A stretch of 64,000 nucleotides of DNA, taken from positions 24,862,001-24,926,000 of the forward strand of contig NC_042998.1 of the NCBI RefSeq assembly GCF_006345805.1, in the 5' to 3' direction. The notes below the pieces were generated by a model. It had not been told where the DNA came from. It worked only from the letters and a program-made list of their open reading frames with translations, and searched no databases. This document shows, piece by piece, positions 1 to 11,829 of the stretch (its first letter is position 1; each line of letters starts with the position of its first letter). This stretch comes from Octopus sinensis. Lineage: Eukaryota. Made by a program: the position numbers and the translations under genes.

Positions 1-286
1 ATGCCTATAATTATTAATAAATAATTATAACAGAGGATACTCAAATACCAACCTGCTAGAAATAAGAGTGAAAATACTCAAACAAGTTCTTAGCTCTTAT
101 TTCTAGCTCTTATTTCTTCACATACCCTCTCTTATCCTTACTTGTTAATTATAAAATTTTATTGATTAGCCAATTAACGGCATTATTGCTTGCTGCCCAC
201 TAATATCATTATCAATTTTATCATCATCATCATCATCATCGTCATCGTCGTCGTCATCGTCATCATCATCACCATAATTATTGTTA

Positions 287-329
<43 letters not shown>

Positions 330-1168
330 ATATATTTACTGCTGATGATAATAATACTAGTAATATTTATGTGAATATTCATTTGAATATTTACTCATTT
401 ATATATATATATATAAAATAAAATATAGCGGCGTACGTACACTTTGTTCTCTTATACACACACACACACACACATACACACACACACACACGCACTCACA
501 CACACTTCTTATTTTATAGATTTTACCAAACATCAATTAAATAGGAACACTCATTGAATTGATTTCAACCAACTAGTGCAGATACAGTCATGTGCTTATG
601 CCATGTACTTTTACCAATTTTTCTAGCATACTTTGAAATTATGTCCAATCTGGTCATGTTTATTAAATTGTCATAACTGTATTAATGAGAATATCGTGAT
701 ATATCTGTCTTCTTCGGCAAAAATAGTCATGCATTTCTTATCAATCTAAAGTTGTTTGATTTCAGTGCTCCACTTCAAAACTTAGTATACCTTTAAATCG
801 ATTGCTAGAAGTGTTTAAAATATTGACAACCTGGTTCTGTCTATTAATATGTAGTTCTTAGTGGCTTACATTGCCTATGTGATTTTGTTATAAATAAATC
901 TACGAATAAAATGTTCTTTTAAAACATAAAGTAGCAACTGCATACGTTGTCCTATGACCTGACTTGATGTTGCACATTCTCCACTCTAGTAAACAAGGCA
1001 TAAGTAGGCTGTACAATAATTATATTATAAATGTGTCTATTTGGAAGGAGGAAAAACTCTTTATATGAAGAACTACATAATTTTCTCCTTCAAACAGTTC
1101 TAGCATCAGAAAGTAAATATTTCGAAAATATCAGATTTAGTGTTGTTGCATCTTGAGAGGTTCATTAC

Positions 1169-1444
1169 TTGTTTGTTTGTTCCTCATAAGGGCTGGTTTC
1201 CTGGTTTCCTTGGCATATAGGTTCCCCACCTGAATGGAACGCCGGTTCGTCGCAGGTGAGCTGCAAGATTCAGGAGGAAAGACTGAGAGAAAGTTGTGGC
1301 AAAAGAGTCAGCAGAAGTTTCGCCATTACCTTCTGCTGGAGCCGCATGGAGCTTAGGTGTTTCAGTCATAAACACACACATCATCCGGTCTGAGAGTTGA
1401 ACCTGCAAGTCAGCTGCTCTAACCACTAGGCCATGTGCCTCCAC
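1169..1444 (-). mobile_element. tRNA-derived SINE, family D
   Basis: Minus strand reads GTGGAGGCACATGGCCTAGTGGTTAGAGC (A-box-like), then a B-box-like GGTTCAACTC, CCTGCGACGAACCGGCGTTCC (resembles a V-SINE-like segment) and an (AACA)n tail. Homologous copies at 34.0, 34.4 and 46.3 kb. Confidence 0.85.
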
Positions 1445-2253
1445 TGATTTAACATCACTTCTTTATTGTTAAGTCAATTAGTTAAATATCTAACCAATTA
1501 ACTGATCATTTATTTGTTAGTTGGTTAGTTATTTAACCAGCTGACTAACAACAGAGAAGTGATACTGAAGCAGTGTATGTGTTATTATTATTATTATTGG
1601 TTTGATGACCGTCCCAAGACATTAGATTTGTTTCAATACATGAATTCACATCAAGAATCTAACAAATCAAATACAAAAAGGATAAAGGAATTTGAAAGAA
1701 AATGCCATAGCAACTACTGAGGAATTATATGTTAACTCTGTTTTGTGTAGTATATGCACTACCTTCTTCAACAAGTCTCATTCTCTCATTCTGTATTATT
1801 TATGATTCTGTGATATGGTGCCAAAGATAATCTGACAATGGCAACGCAATTTACTTCATCATATAAACAATTTGGGGACCAAGAGTCTCGTATTTGGCTA
1901 GTGAAAGAATATAAGGATTAGAAATTACTTGTTTTCAATTGACTTGATAAAATTCTTACAAACTAGAACATGTCAGAGACAGCAAAGCACCAGAATCTCA
2001 TCACTTCTTTGGATGATTTTGATAAAATTTTGATCATTATATTGGCCATACCCAGATATGGGTCAGTAACATAGAATATTCTCTTAAACAGGGGTTTCAG
2101 GTAGGCACACTTAGCAGTGTTTGGGAAAATATGTCGTGTTTGTGGTGGAGTGAATTGTTTGGGATTTATGAATGTTGAGGAAAGAGCCCTAATTTATTAA
2201 AAAAGGTATACCCAACTACTTCAATGCCTTCTCTTTCTATTGCTTTTTTACAG

Positions 2254-3741
2254 CAGTGGTTCTCAACAGGGGTCCATACAGCCCCTGTGGGTCCATATAA
2301 GAGCTTTTATGAAATAGTAAATTGGGGATCCGCAATTATTTTAAAAGATCCCCTGAAAAACTTTTGCTTTAGATGTATGTATTGCTGGTACGTGCCATCA
2401 GGGTGGCAAGCATGCAGAATCGTTAGCATGCCGGGCGAAATGCGTAGCCGTATTTCGTCTGCCGTTACGTTCTGCGTTCAAATTCCGCTAAGGTCGACGT
2501 TGCCTTTCATCCTTTCGGGGTCAATCAAATAAGTATCAGTTATGCACTGGGGTCGATATAATCGATTTAATCTGTTTATCTGTCCTTGTTCCTCCTCTCT
2601 GTGTTTAGCCCCTTGTGGGTAGTAAAGAAATAGGTACATGCCATCAGTAATTACTCAGGGTAGGCAGTTGGTGACTTTTTTTGTAGTAAAACACGCAAAA
2701 AATAAGTGAAACACAAGCGCATGACTGATTTGAAGGCAGATTTACTTCTGCCTTTATAACACGTAAAGAAAATGGTGTTGTAGGAGTGTATGCAGCATGT
2801 GTACTACAGCAGTAACTCTGTGTAGCCTTAATACCGAGATTGAAAGGCAGGGGTGAATTATACCTACCTAATCTACAAAAAAAAAAAAAAAGGGTAATTT
2901 AGAATTAAGGAAGCTATAATCATACACAGACTAGGGCCCTGAATTAACAACAGGCTGGAGGTTGGTAATCAATACATTATTTAGATACATCCAGATGCAT
3001 GTAGATTAGTTTTTGATGATATGCTCATCTGTAGTTTTTAACAAAAAAAAGAAGGGGGAAAAAAGGAAGCTGCATGTATAATACGTAACTTAGAAGTAGC
3101 GCTATGGATGCACCAGCACAAGATTGAGACATGGCTGACCTCACACACTTCTCATGAGGAATTCTGGAAGGTGCATCGTGAGACCACTGCTGAGATGCTT
3201 CCAGAAAATAAAAAAGAAAAGCAGCAACTCCATCTAAGAATATTTGAAGAAGGAATATTATTCCGAAATATCATATCAGACTATGGATGACTAAATTACA
3301 ACAGGTATATAGCTCATTGCCTCTATAATAGAGCATTGTTGTACCATTCAAAACTTCTTATTCTTTACAAAAAATATTTTGCATTTTTTGCATAATAATC
3401 AGAGTAACCTTCATAATTTAATTGAATTAGGAGCATATTTTGCCATAAAAAGAAAATTTAGTTATGGATCTATTTTATTCAAGGTAGGCACTGCCTACCT
3501 TGTCTACCTAGGCAGCTCGTCCCTGATGTATTGGTAAGTATTGCAAGAAACAGCTTGGTTCCTATTCCTAATATTTTACATAATTCAACAAACACAGTTA
3601 ATGTGTGAAAAAAAAAAGAAAATGAATTTTGGAAGAAGTTTCTATAAAGTCGGTTTTTAAATGTCGAATGTCTATGGGAGTCCACCAGAATAAAATAGTA
3701 ATCAAAGGGGTCCATAGAAGAAAAATGGTTGAGAACCCCTG
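2254..3741. mobile_element. hAT/Charlie-like non-autonomous DNA transposon, decayed, with a SINE inside
   Basis: Ends CAGTGGTTCTCAAC and GTTGAGAACCCCTG form an imperfect TIR. The 8-bp flanks TTTTACAG / CTCTATAG match at 5 of 8 positions. Subterminal GGGGTCCAT motifs occur near both ends. Confidence 0.45.
2402..2632 (+). mobile_element. SINE A1 with 15-bp TSD
   Basis: Head GGCAAGCATGCAGAATCGTTAGC, central GCCTTTCATCCTTTCGGGGTC, tail CCCCTTGTGGGTAGTAAAGAAATA. TSD GGTAC(G/A)TGCCATCAG at 2387-2401 and 2633-2647. Confidence 0.9.
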
Positions 3742-4255
3742 CTCTATAGGTATTAATCATCATAAAAATGGCTTGAAGTGTTCAAGTTTAAACCCAAGCA
3801 AATTAATGTCTTCATTTCTCTGCCATCCATCAAACTATTTTGTCAAATTCAGTTTGGATGAATTTATTCTGACATCTTCACTTCCATCCACTGATTTTAC
3901 TTTTAATATTATTTGATCAAATTTCTGGATTTTACTCTGTTCTCATCTAAATCCTTTCTCTTCAGATAATTGCACCAAAAATTAAAGCAAATTTACTTAC
4001 AAACTCATGATGCTCAAACATTGTACCTCAGCTTCCTTTTATCTCTCATAACTCATGATAAAGTCTTGAAAGATTCAATATAATATTCCACATTGTTTTT
4101 CTATGGCATAGTCAACTTGCTTCAAATCAAAACCCCTTTGTCTTCATTCAATTATAATTTTGAAATACTAGTCGTTAACTAGGTTATAACAATATGGCTT
4201 AAAATGAGAATATAATTTCTATATTCCCCGCTTGGGAAGATCTATTCTTTAACAG

Positions 4256-4661
4256 GTGTAGGAGTGGCTGTGTGGTAAGTAGCTTGCTTACCAATCACAT
4301 GGTTCCAGGTTCAGTCCCGCTGTGTGGCACCTTGGGCTAGTGTCTTCTACTATAGCCTCGGGCTGACCAAAGCCTTGTGAGTGGATTTGGTAGACGGAAA
4401 CTGAAAGAAGCTCGTTTTATATATGTATATATATATATGCATGTGTGTGTGTATGTTTGTGTGACTGTGTTTGTCCCTTCCCAACATTGCTTGACAACTG
4501 ATGATGGTGTGTTTATGTCCCCGTAACTTAGCGGTTCTGCAAAAGAGACCGATAGAATGAGTACTAGGCTTACAAAGAATAAGTCCTGATGTCGATTTGC
4601 TCGACTAAAGGCGGTGCTCCAGCATGGCCACAGTCAAATGACTGAAACGAGTAAAAGAGTA
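4256..4661 (+). mobile_element. SINE B (CORE-like domain, internal TA/TG microsatellite)
   Basis: GGAGTGGCTGTGTGGTAAG head, GGTTCAGTCCC B-box, CACCTTGGGC(T/A)AGTG CORE-like motif, (AAAAGAGT)n tail. More than 10 copies in the window. Confidence 0.9.
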
Positions 4662-4889
4662 TTCATCGTCAATGTTTGTGAATATTTCTTTGATTGATAG
4701 ATAGATATTTATTGTGACATCATGCCTTATAGCTGTGACACAGGACAATGAAGTTATATGCAAGTTGACAACTTCAGAAAAATGAACAGAATATGATTAA
4801 TTTGAGTGTATAGTATACAAATGGCTGTAAAATCACTACCACCACCACCACTACCACTACAACCGTCACCACCACCACCACCACCACAA

Positions 4890-5092
4890 TCGTCATCATC
4901 ATTACAATTATTTAACAGCTGTTTTCCATGCTGGCTTGGTTTGGCAGGAACTCGCAAAGCCAGGAGCTGCACCAGGTTCCATTGTCTGTTTTGGCATGGT
5001 CTCTATGGCTGGGTGTTCTTCCTAATGCCAGCCACTTTACAGAGTGTACTAGGGGCTTTTTATGTGGCACCAGTGCTTTTATACATGGCACC
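4890..5092 (-). mobile_element. RTE-like LINE 3' UTR fragment (family C)
   Basis: Homologous to the GGTTGGCGTTAGGAAGGGCATCCAGC ... CCATGCTAGCATGG...(GAT)n module at 15.3, 16.5 and 50.9 kb. Confidence 0.75.
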
Positions 5093-5143
5093 ATCATCAC
5101 TTGCATAAGTTGAGAATGTGTTTCAGGTAACAATGCTGATACA

Positions 5144-5439
5144 CTGTTGTGTCTGGAGAGGGTCATTTTCTTTTTGTGCCTTATTATGTAACACACTCAC
5201 CGGTAAAATTTCCACTTATTTCCTATTTTTATTTTCCTAAAAGTTTCGTTGCATCTTGCAACGTTTTCAATAGTCTTGACTATTGAGTCAAGACCATTGA
5301 GAGTCAAGACTACTGAAAAGGTTGCAAGACGCAACGAAAATTTTTAGAAAATAAAAATAAGAAATAAGTGGAAATTTTACCAGAGTGTGTGTTACATAAT
5401 AAGTCACAAAAAGAAAATGACTCTCCCCAGACACAACAG
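5144..5439. repeat. fold-back palindrome with ~140-bp arms
   Basis: CTGTTGTGTCTGGAGAGGGTCATTTTCTTTTTGTG... is mirrored by ...CACAAAAAGAAAATGACTCTCCCCAGACACAACAG; centre near 5283-5300. Confidence 0.9.
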
Positions 5440-6042
5440 AATATGCTTCAACATACGAACTCATATAAATAATCTTGCAAACCAAATCCCCAAACGAAAT
5501 GCTCATACAAAGAAACTTCTATCAGATATAATACCAGTTAAGGTTATAGATTTTTTAACCATTCTGTCAATAGCATATATTCCGTCATGGAGACTTTGCC
5601 ACGGTTTTGGTAAGTGAGCACAATAAAGAAACAGAGAGTTAGTTTATGTAAGAGGTCAGTGACTGGAAAATTATTTAGTGGAGATAAAATAGTATAGCTA
5701 AAATAGCAGAAACAATAATTTAACATCTAATTTGAGAAGACAGAATGAAAGGCAGTCATTAGTAAAATGACCAATGCAGTTATTCATTAAGTGACAGATA
5801 TGTAAGCTCAATCTCATGTGCGGTTCTCTCTTTGCCAAATTGGTGTTTATAATTTCTGATATCATAGAATAGATTTCTCTTGATGTCATTTTTAGCTTTG
5901 AAATTTGTGGCATGAGATCAACAGATTATATCAAAGTGTGGGCTGACCAAAGCCTTGTGAGTCATTTTTGGTAGAGGAAACTGAAAGAAGCCTATCATAC
6001 ACATACATGCATGCATAAATACAGACATACATACATACAGAT

Positions 6043-6085
<43 letters not shown>

Positions 6086-6119
6086 TAGATATACATGATT
6101 GTACATAGTGATCTGTCAC

Positions 6120-6605
6120 TTAACCATCATCATCATCATCAATACCATCCTCCTCCTTCTCATCATCATCTCTGTTTAACGTCCACTTTCCATGCTGGCA
6201 TGAGTTGGACGATTTGGCAGGAACTGGCCAACCAGGGAGCTCTCCAGATTCCAATTGTCTCTTGTGATATGATTTCTATGACTGCATACTCTTCCCTAAT
6301 GCCAACCACTTTACAGAGTGTTCTGGGTACTTTTTACATGCCACTGGCATGAGTGCCTTTTTATGTGGCACCGGCATCTCTAAGGGACAAGACTGTATGT
6401 TTGAGTACCAGTGATTTTACTTGGTTTATGTATCTTCTCAAGTACAGCACAAATCATTACAACTCTTGAACCCTTGTCATTTCCTTAGTGAGGCTCAGCA
6501 TGCAAAGATCCTTTTTCCCTACTTCCAGGGTCTACCCCTGCCAAAGGTTTCCTCCACAATTTGAGCTCAGCACTTCTTTATGCAGCTACAAGCGATGGTT
6601 TCAAT
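6120..6605 (-). mobile_element. RTE-like LINE 3' end (ORF2 C-terminus remnant, 3' UTR and (GAT)n tail)
   Basis: Minus translation SCIKKC*AQIVEETFGRGRPWK resembles the RTE C-terminal GRGRP motif. It runs on into family C units and the GGACGTTAAAC(GAT)n tail. Confidence 0.7.
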
Positions 6606-6623
6606 ATATTATTTGTTGATTAA

Positions 6624-6784
6624 TAGGAGTGGCCATGTGGTAAGTAGCTTGCCTACCAGTCACATGGTTCCAGGTTCAGTCCCGCTGCATGGCACCTTGG
6701 GCAAGTGTCTTCTACTCTAGCCTCGGATCGACCAAAGCCTTGTGAGTGGATTTGGTAAACAGAAACTGAAAGAAGTCTGTCGTA

Positions 6785-6847
<63 letters not shown>

Positions 6848-7058
6848 ATGTTTGTGTGTCTGTGTTTGTCCCCCCAACATCGCTTGACAACCAATGCTGG
6901 TGTGTTTACATCCCCGTAACTTAGCAGTTCAGCAAAAGAGACCGATGAAATAAGTACTAGGCTTACAAAGAATAAGTCCTGGGGTCGATTTCTTCGACTA
7001 AAGGCGGTGCTCCAGCATGGCCGCAGTCACATGACTGAAACAAGAGAGTAAAAGAGTA
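6624..7058 (+). mobile_element. SINE B
   Basis: Full-length match to 4256-4661 with a longer internal (TA)n(TG)n. Confidence 0.9.
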
Positions 7059-7689
7059 ATAGTGAATCTTTCACTGTGCATTAACATGGCTTTATCAGTG
7101 ATAACTGAGACAAACTAAAGATCTACACAGCTAGAGTATCAAGCTTCTGTAGAATTTCTAAATAATGCTTGTCAGTTTTAAATTGTTTGACAGTACCAGT
7201 TGACAAGCACTTATGAAACCTTTTGTATAAAGAAAGCTCTGTAATCAATTCATTGCATTGCTTTACAGATCCGTTTCTAATTATATTCCTCTTTAGCTTA
7301 TTGTGTGTGCAATTTTGTTGCCAGTCGAAGGCCCTGAAGTGATGAGAAAGTACTGGAGAGAAACGTTATTACAGATATCACTTACAGAATTTAATATTTC
7401 AGACCTACATATCATCTACAAATTTTGCACATAACTAAACATATGAGATAATGAGCTGGCAGCAGTCTTTCATAAACCAGCATGTGTATACATATATACA
7501 TATAAAGGTACATCAACAAACAAGGATATGTGCGTGTTATATATGTATTTGTGTATGTTTGTGTGTATGTATGTTTGTGTATTTGTGTGTGAATGTACCA
7601 AAACAATATTCTTCTAACTTTTGGGAATATGAAAATATTTATGATTCAATTATTTGTGCATATGAATTCAACTCAGTATGAGACATCAG

Positions 7690-7737
<48 letters not shown>

Positions 7738-7740
<3 letters not shown>

Positions 7741-8002
7741 ATAAATATTAGGGAATGAATCCAAAATTACAGGGAAAAATCAGATTTAGGGTTAAATCCA
7801 ATTTTATAGTAAAATATTATATAATATAATTCGAGACAAAACCACTATTTTAAAACCAAACAAGGAAAGACTTAATCAATACATAAAATTTTAATATAAA
7901 TTAAATAAATTATTTATTTATTTTATTTAATTTATATTAAAATTTTATGTATTGATTAAGTCTTTCCTTGTTTGGTTTTAAAATAGTGGTTTTGTCTCAA
8001 AT

Positions 8003-8013
<11 letters not shown>
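7738..8013. repeat. (TA)n-embedded element ending in a near-perfect ~90-bp-arm hairpin
   Basis: Arms 7817-7909 and 7922-8013 are reverse complements with about one mismatch. The non-hairpin part recurs inverted at ~49490-49620. Confidence 0.9.
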
Positions 8014-8044
<31 letters not shown>

Positions 8045-8064
8045 TATAGATAGATAGATAGATA

Positions 8065-8881
8065 AGTTTCTTTATTGGCCACACAGGACTGCACACAGAT
8101 GGGACAAGTTACAAGGTAGAGCTTTTCTTTTGGGGGATGAAAAAAAACAACAAAAAACAAAAAAACAAAAAAAAGGGTGGCGTAGGTTTTCTATCAAAAG
8201 GGAAAAAAGAACAAAAAAAAAGGAAAAGAAAAAAAGAAAAAGGGGAAAAGGAACAAAGGAAAAGAAAAATGAAAAAAGAAGAAAAAAGAGGAAAAAAGGG
8301 GAAGAGGAAAAGAAAACGATCAATAGGAATCATGTTTAACAGTGTCATGATGTATGGTGTAAAGGGGAAAGCAAGTAAGGTTTATCCGTGGGAAGAAAAG
8401 CCTACGAAAAAGACCACGGTAACCTTGGTCAATATTGTTATATGTCACCACATTTGTTTGCAAGTGGGTAACCCTCTGTTTTCAATTTCTGGGTTCATAG
8501 GATTATGCTCAAGGTGGCTTCGTAATTCATACGTGCCATCCTTGCTACATTCACCCATCTTTTTTTAAAACGTTCGCTACACAAAACTTGCCTCTCTACT
8601 CTCACTTTCCTTTTCAAGTGGTACTTGAAGAAGTTGATGAGAGGTTGACCAGAGAGGAAAGTGTTTGTCTCCAATCCTTTCAGACGCGTCCACCAGATAC
8701 ATTCTTTCGCCATAGCCACAAGGATGATGAAAATAGCTCTTCCTTCCCATTTGAAGGAAGGAGGCATGACAATATTAATGATAGACTCAGCTAATAAACC
8801 GACTCGTCCCACACGTGACAGTAGTTGTTCGACATAAGCCCACAGGTCGGAAATTGTTGGACACTGCACGAGTGCGTGCAG
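8065..8881 (-). mobile_element. 5'-truncated Tx1/L1-like LINE (ORF2 C-terminus and 3' UTR)
   Basis: Open minus frame HALVQCP...[12 protein letters not shown]...[12 protein letters not shown]...IIL* (8495-8881) carries the H-x4-C end of a CCHC knuckle and an AKxxIWxxR motif. AATAAA (plus-strand TTTATT, 8071-8076) precedes (TATC)n. Confidence 0.8.
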
Positions 8882-8885
8882 ATAA

Positions 8886-8968
<83 letters not shown>

Positions 8969-9031
8969 TAGATAGATATATAGATATATATAGATATATA
9001 GATATATATAGATTAATAGATATATAGATAT

Positions 9032-9072
<41 letters not shown>

Positions 9073-9180
9073 TATAGATATAGATAATATATATATATAT
9101 ATAATATATATATATAGATATAGATATAGATATATATATAGACATATTATATATAGACATATACATACACACACACATAT

Positions 9181-9213
<33 letters not shown>

Positions 9214-9215
9214 TC
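8882..9215. repeat. (GATA)n/(TA)n compound microsatellite
   Basis: Direct inspection. Confidence 0.95.
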
Positions 9216-9249
9216 TCATTGTTACGTATGGTTATCCTTACATATTAAG

Positions 9250-11395
9250 ACTGACTCCAGTTGTATTGATTTCTTAACAATTGCAGATGAGGATTTCTGA
9301 TAGTAACCAATTAAACCAAACTGCAAACAAAACTACTTCCACACAACATTCTATCTATCTATTGTTTGTTTTTTCTTTCTTTCTTATTTTTTAATCTTTT
9401 TTATCTTAAGCTATCATATCTATATTCATAAATGCCGATAACTTTATACGTGTCTTTCTATGTCATTAATCTGAAACATATTTATAGTCGTTTCTCTTGA
9501 GCCATCATCTGAAATATCTCTAATATCTGCTTGTTCAATTATTGCCTTTAAAAAAAGTCGTCTTCCATTATAACACCATTCATATCTATGATGCATTATC
9601 CGAATCAACCACAGTACTTGATTGCTACTTTATCTTATCAGCCCTGGAAAGATCAAATGTAGAGTTGACATTAGTGAAAGCGAACATAAAGGGTCAAAGC
9701 TAAATATCACAATTATTTCGTCCAATTGTTTAATAATTCTGCCAATCTATCATTTAATTTAATTTATTATACAATTATACATTTTCAGATAATTAACCAT
9801 GACTTTAGAGCTGAATTTCCCCTCCCTATATTTGCATTTATTCTACATTTCCAATCGTTATCAGATCATGTATTTCTCAATATGTACATATTAAAAAAAT
9901 AAAAAAATTTTCCTTTCCAATTTTCCAATGATGAGGTTAATAATCAAAAACGATATCAGTATTCATAATAACTCTTCTCAGACATTTAGACACTTAATTC
10001 ATTATATCTTTTCTAATCCCAACATTGTACTGCCTTCCAAGTTCAATGTGCCAACATCTCAAATTGGTTGTGACCTATGCATTTCTAGTGAAAAAATAAA
10101 ATATTTCTTGTCTTGCTTGAGAATGTTTTTCATTAAAAAATGTATTTTTGAACAGTCTTCTTTGTTTTTAACCTTCTATTATTGTAACACAAAAGTCAAT
10201 ATCTCAGCCTTAGGTTTTGCTCTCACACTATCAATAATATCACATCTCCAGTTTTGACTCCCCACTCCTTACTCTTCAATGTTATACGAAATAGATATGT
10301 CTCAATGAATAACGAAAAACACAACATAGCTCTGTGAAAAGTTGTATTAGCCTTGTTATGCCATGTCTATCAGCTAATCCATCATTAGACTGATTATAAT
10401 TAAGCCAATTAATAACTGTCACTCTGGAAGTAAATAAACAGTTTTCTAAAGATCTTTGTTATAAATGATATATTAGTTTCAGAAAACCCTTTTAAGATGT
10501 AAATACAGCATTTATAAATCTTTATTTGAATATTCGAGCTACCTTTTGAATAATATTGATTTTAAAAGCTCCATTCTCTAGAATTTCTGGAGGCAAATAC
10601 AATATTAAATGCTTCTGAGCCTTTTATTTTTACATCAGAACCTGTTCAGTTTTGATTTCAAGATGGAGGTTACTTGAAAAAAAAATATCTTTCAAAAACA
10701 TCTTAAAGATTTATAGATCTTGTTTCCTCAATCTCAAAGAGATTATCAAGATATTTTTCATTAAATTGTTGTTTTACTATTTTCCAATAGAATTTCTTTG
10801 CTGTTCTGCTTTAGACAAACTTTTTGATGTTATGTTGTGAAATGCTGTACATGTGTTTTGAGGTTTGGGTTTAGGTTTGGGTTTGGGTTCAATACCTGCT
10901 TTGATTGCTTAAAACTAATTTATCTTACAGTCAAAGATAAAGTAATCTATTGAATGGGAAATGTGGGATTTTGACAGATATTGTTATTGACAACTAAATG
11001 TTTGTTTATCATATAAACTGGAAGGTCTGTATGGACTCCTTCACTTGTAAACATACCTAAATCAACATGGGATGTCAGTTTCTTTTTTTTATTGTGGTTG
11101 TGATTGTTTAGCCAATGCCATCTTTGATGAAGTCAAGTATACTTATAATCAAAAATTTCCAACCCTGACTATCCCATTTTATTTTCAGATAATGTATGTA
11201 TTATCTGAGATGTCCTCAACTGGTTTGATGTCTATGCTATGTTGAAAGAATGTAAACACACACATGGATCCCTCATCTGAGCAATTAAAGCACATAACTC
11301 TGTGGTAAATTACTAATCAGAAAAATATCCAACATTAGCAAAGATAAATCGATTCAAATCAACGTGTGGCCTATCATTTTCATTGCTAAACATAA
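9250..11395 (-). pseudogene. decayed unidentified ORF(s), minus strand
   Basis: Protein-like segments across shifting frames: MFSNENDRPHVDLNRFIFANVGYFSD, IEPKPKPKPKPQ, KKFYWKIVKQQFNEKYLDNLFEIEETRSINL, RCWHIELGRQYNVGIRKDIM, WLIRIMHHRYEWCYNGRRLFLKAIIEQADIRDISDDGSRETTINMFQINDIERHV. Many stops and frameshifts; no family recognised. Confidence 0.45.
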
Positions 11396-11432
11396 CGATA
11401 AATATTATCTTTATTTTATTAGTTATAGAAGA

Positions 11433-11826
11433 CTAGCAGTATCGCCCGGCGTTGCTCGGGTTTGTGAGGGAAATAACTATATAAGCATTTTTAGAGATGT
11501 AAAGTATAATAGCCATCTCAATATGGCTAACCACAAAGGTGGGTGTTACTATAGCTTTTTACGTTCTGAGATTTAATAATACATTTTTAGAGAATTACTT
11601 CCCTTATATAATAGCAAAAAAATGCATTTAAAATGGGGAAAAATGATGGTAAATTTTTTTAAAATCGTAGACTCATCATAGACGCGTGCTAATACCCAGA
11701 AGGGCTCGATATGAATCATGACTATAAGATACCTGCTTTTGGTTACACTGCACTGCAAAATGTGGGAGTAGTTAGGAATCTAAATCGTAGGAGACAGACA
11801 CACAACCTCACTTTTATATATAAAGA
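11433..11826 (-). mobile_element. non-autonomous Helitron
   Basis: On the minus strand it starts A|TCTTTATATATAAAAG and ends CCCGAGCAACGCCGGG (hairpin) ... CTGCTAG|T with no TSD. Second copy at 41100-41493. Confidence 0.85.
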
Positions 11827-11829
11827 TAT

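Noticed and set aside
560-2080. Short protein-like peptides (for example SYKQFGDQESRIWLVKEYKD, KCMTIFAEEDRYITIFSLIQL)
   Set aside because: Too short and too interrupted to distinguish from chance in AT-rich DNA.
3108-3290. 60-aa ORF with a faint RTE-like YGC..ETW resemblance
   Set aside because: The motif spacing is wrong and it lies within a putative hAT remnant; unsupported.
7270-7440. Possible exon (LLPVEGPEVMRKYWRETLLQ) after polypyrimidine-AG sites
   Set aside because: No strong donor site, no recognisable homology and no partner exons.
9960-10130. ARQEIFYFFTRNA*VTTNLRCWHIELGRQYNVGIRKDIMN*VSKC resembles the Ginger/KRBA2 integrase zinc-binding region
   Set aside because: The His/Cys ligands are mostly absent and no DDE core follows; kept only as an unidentified ORF remnant.
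10861-10890. Telomere-like (GGTTTR)n run
   Set aside because: It is a 6-mer that does not match TTAGGG, has only five units, and is better explained as a PK-repeat codon run.
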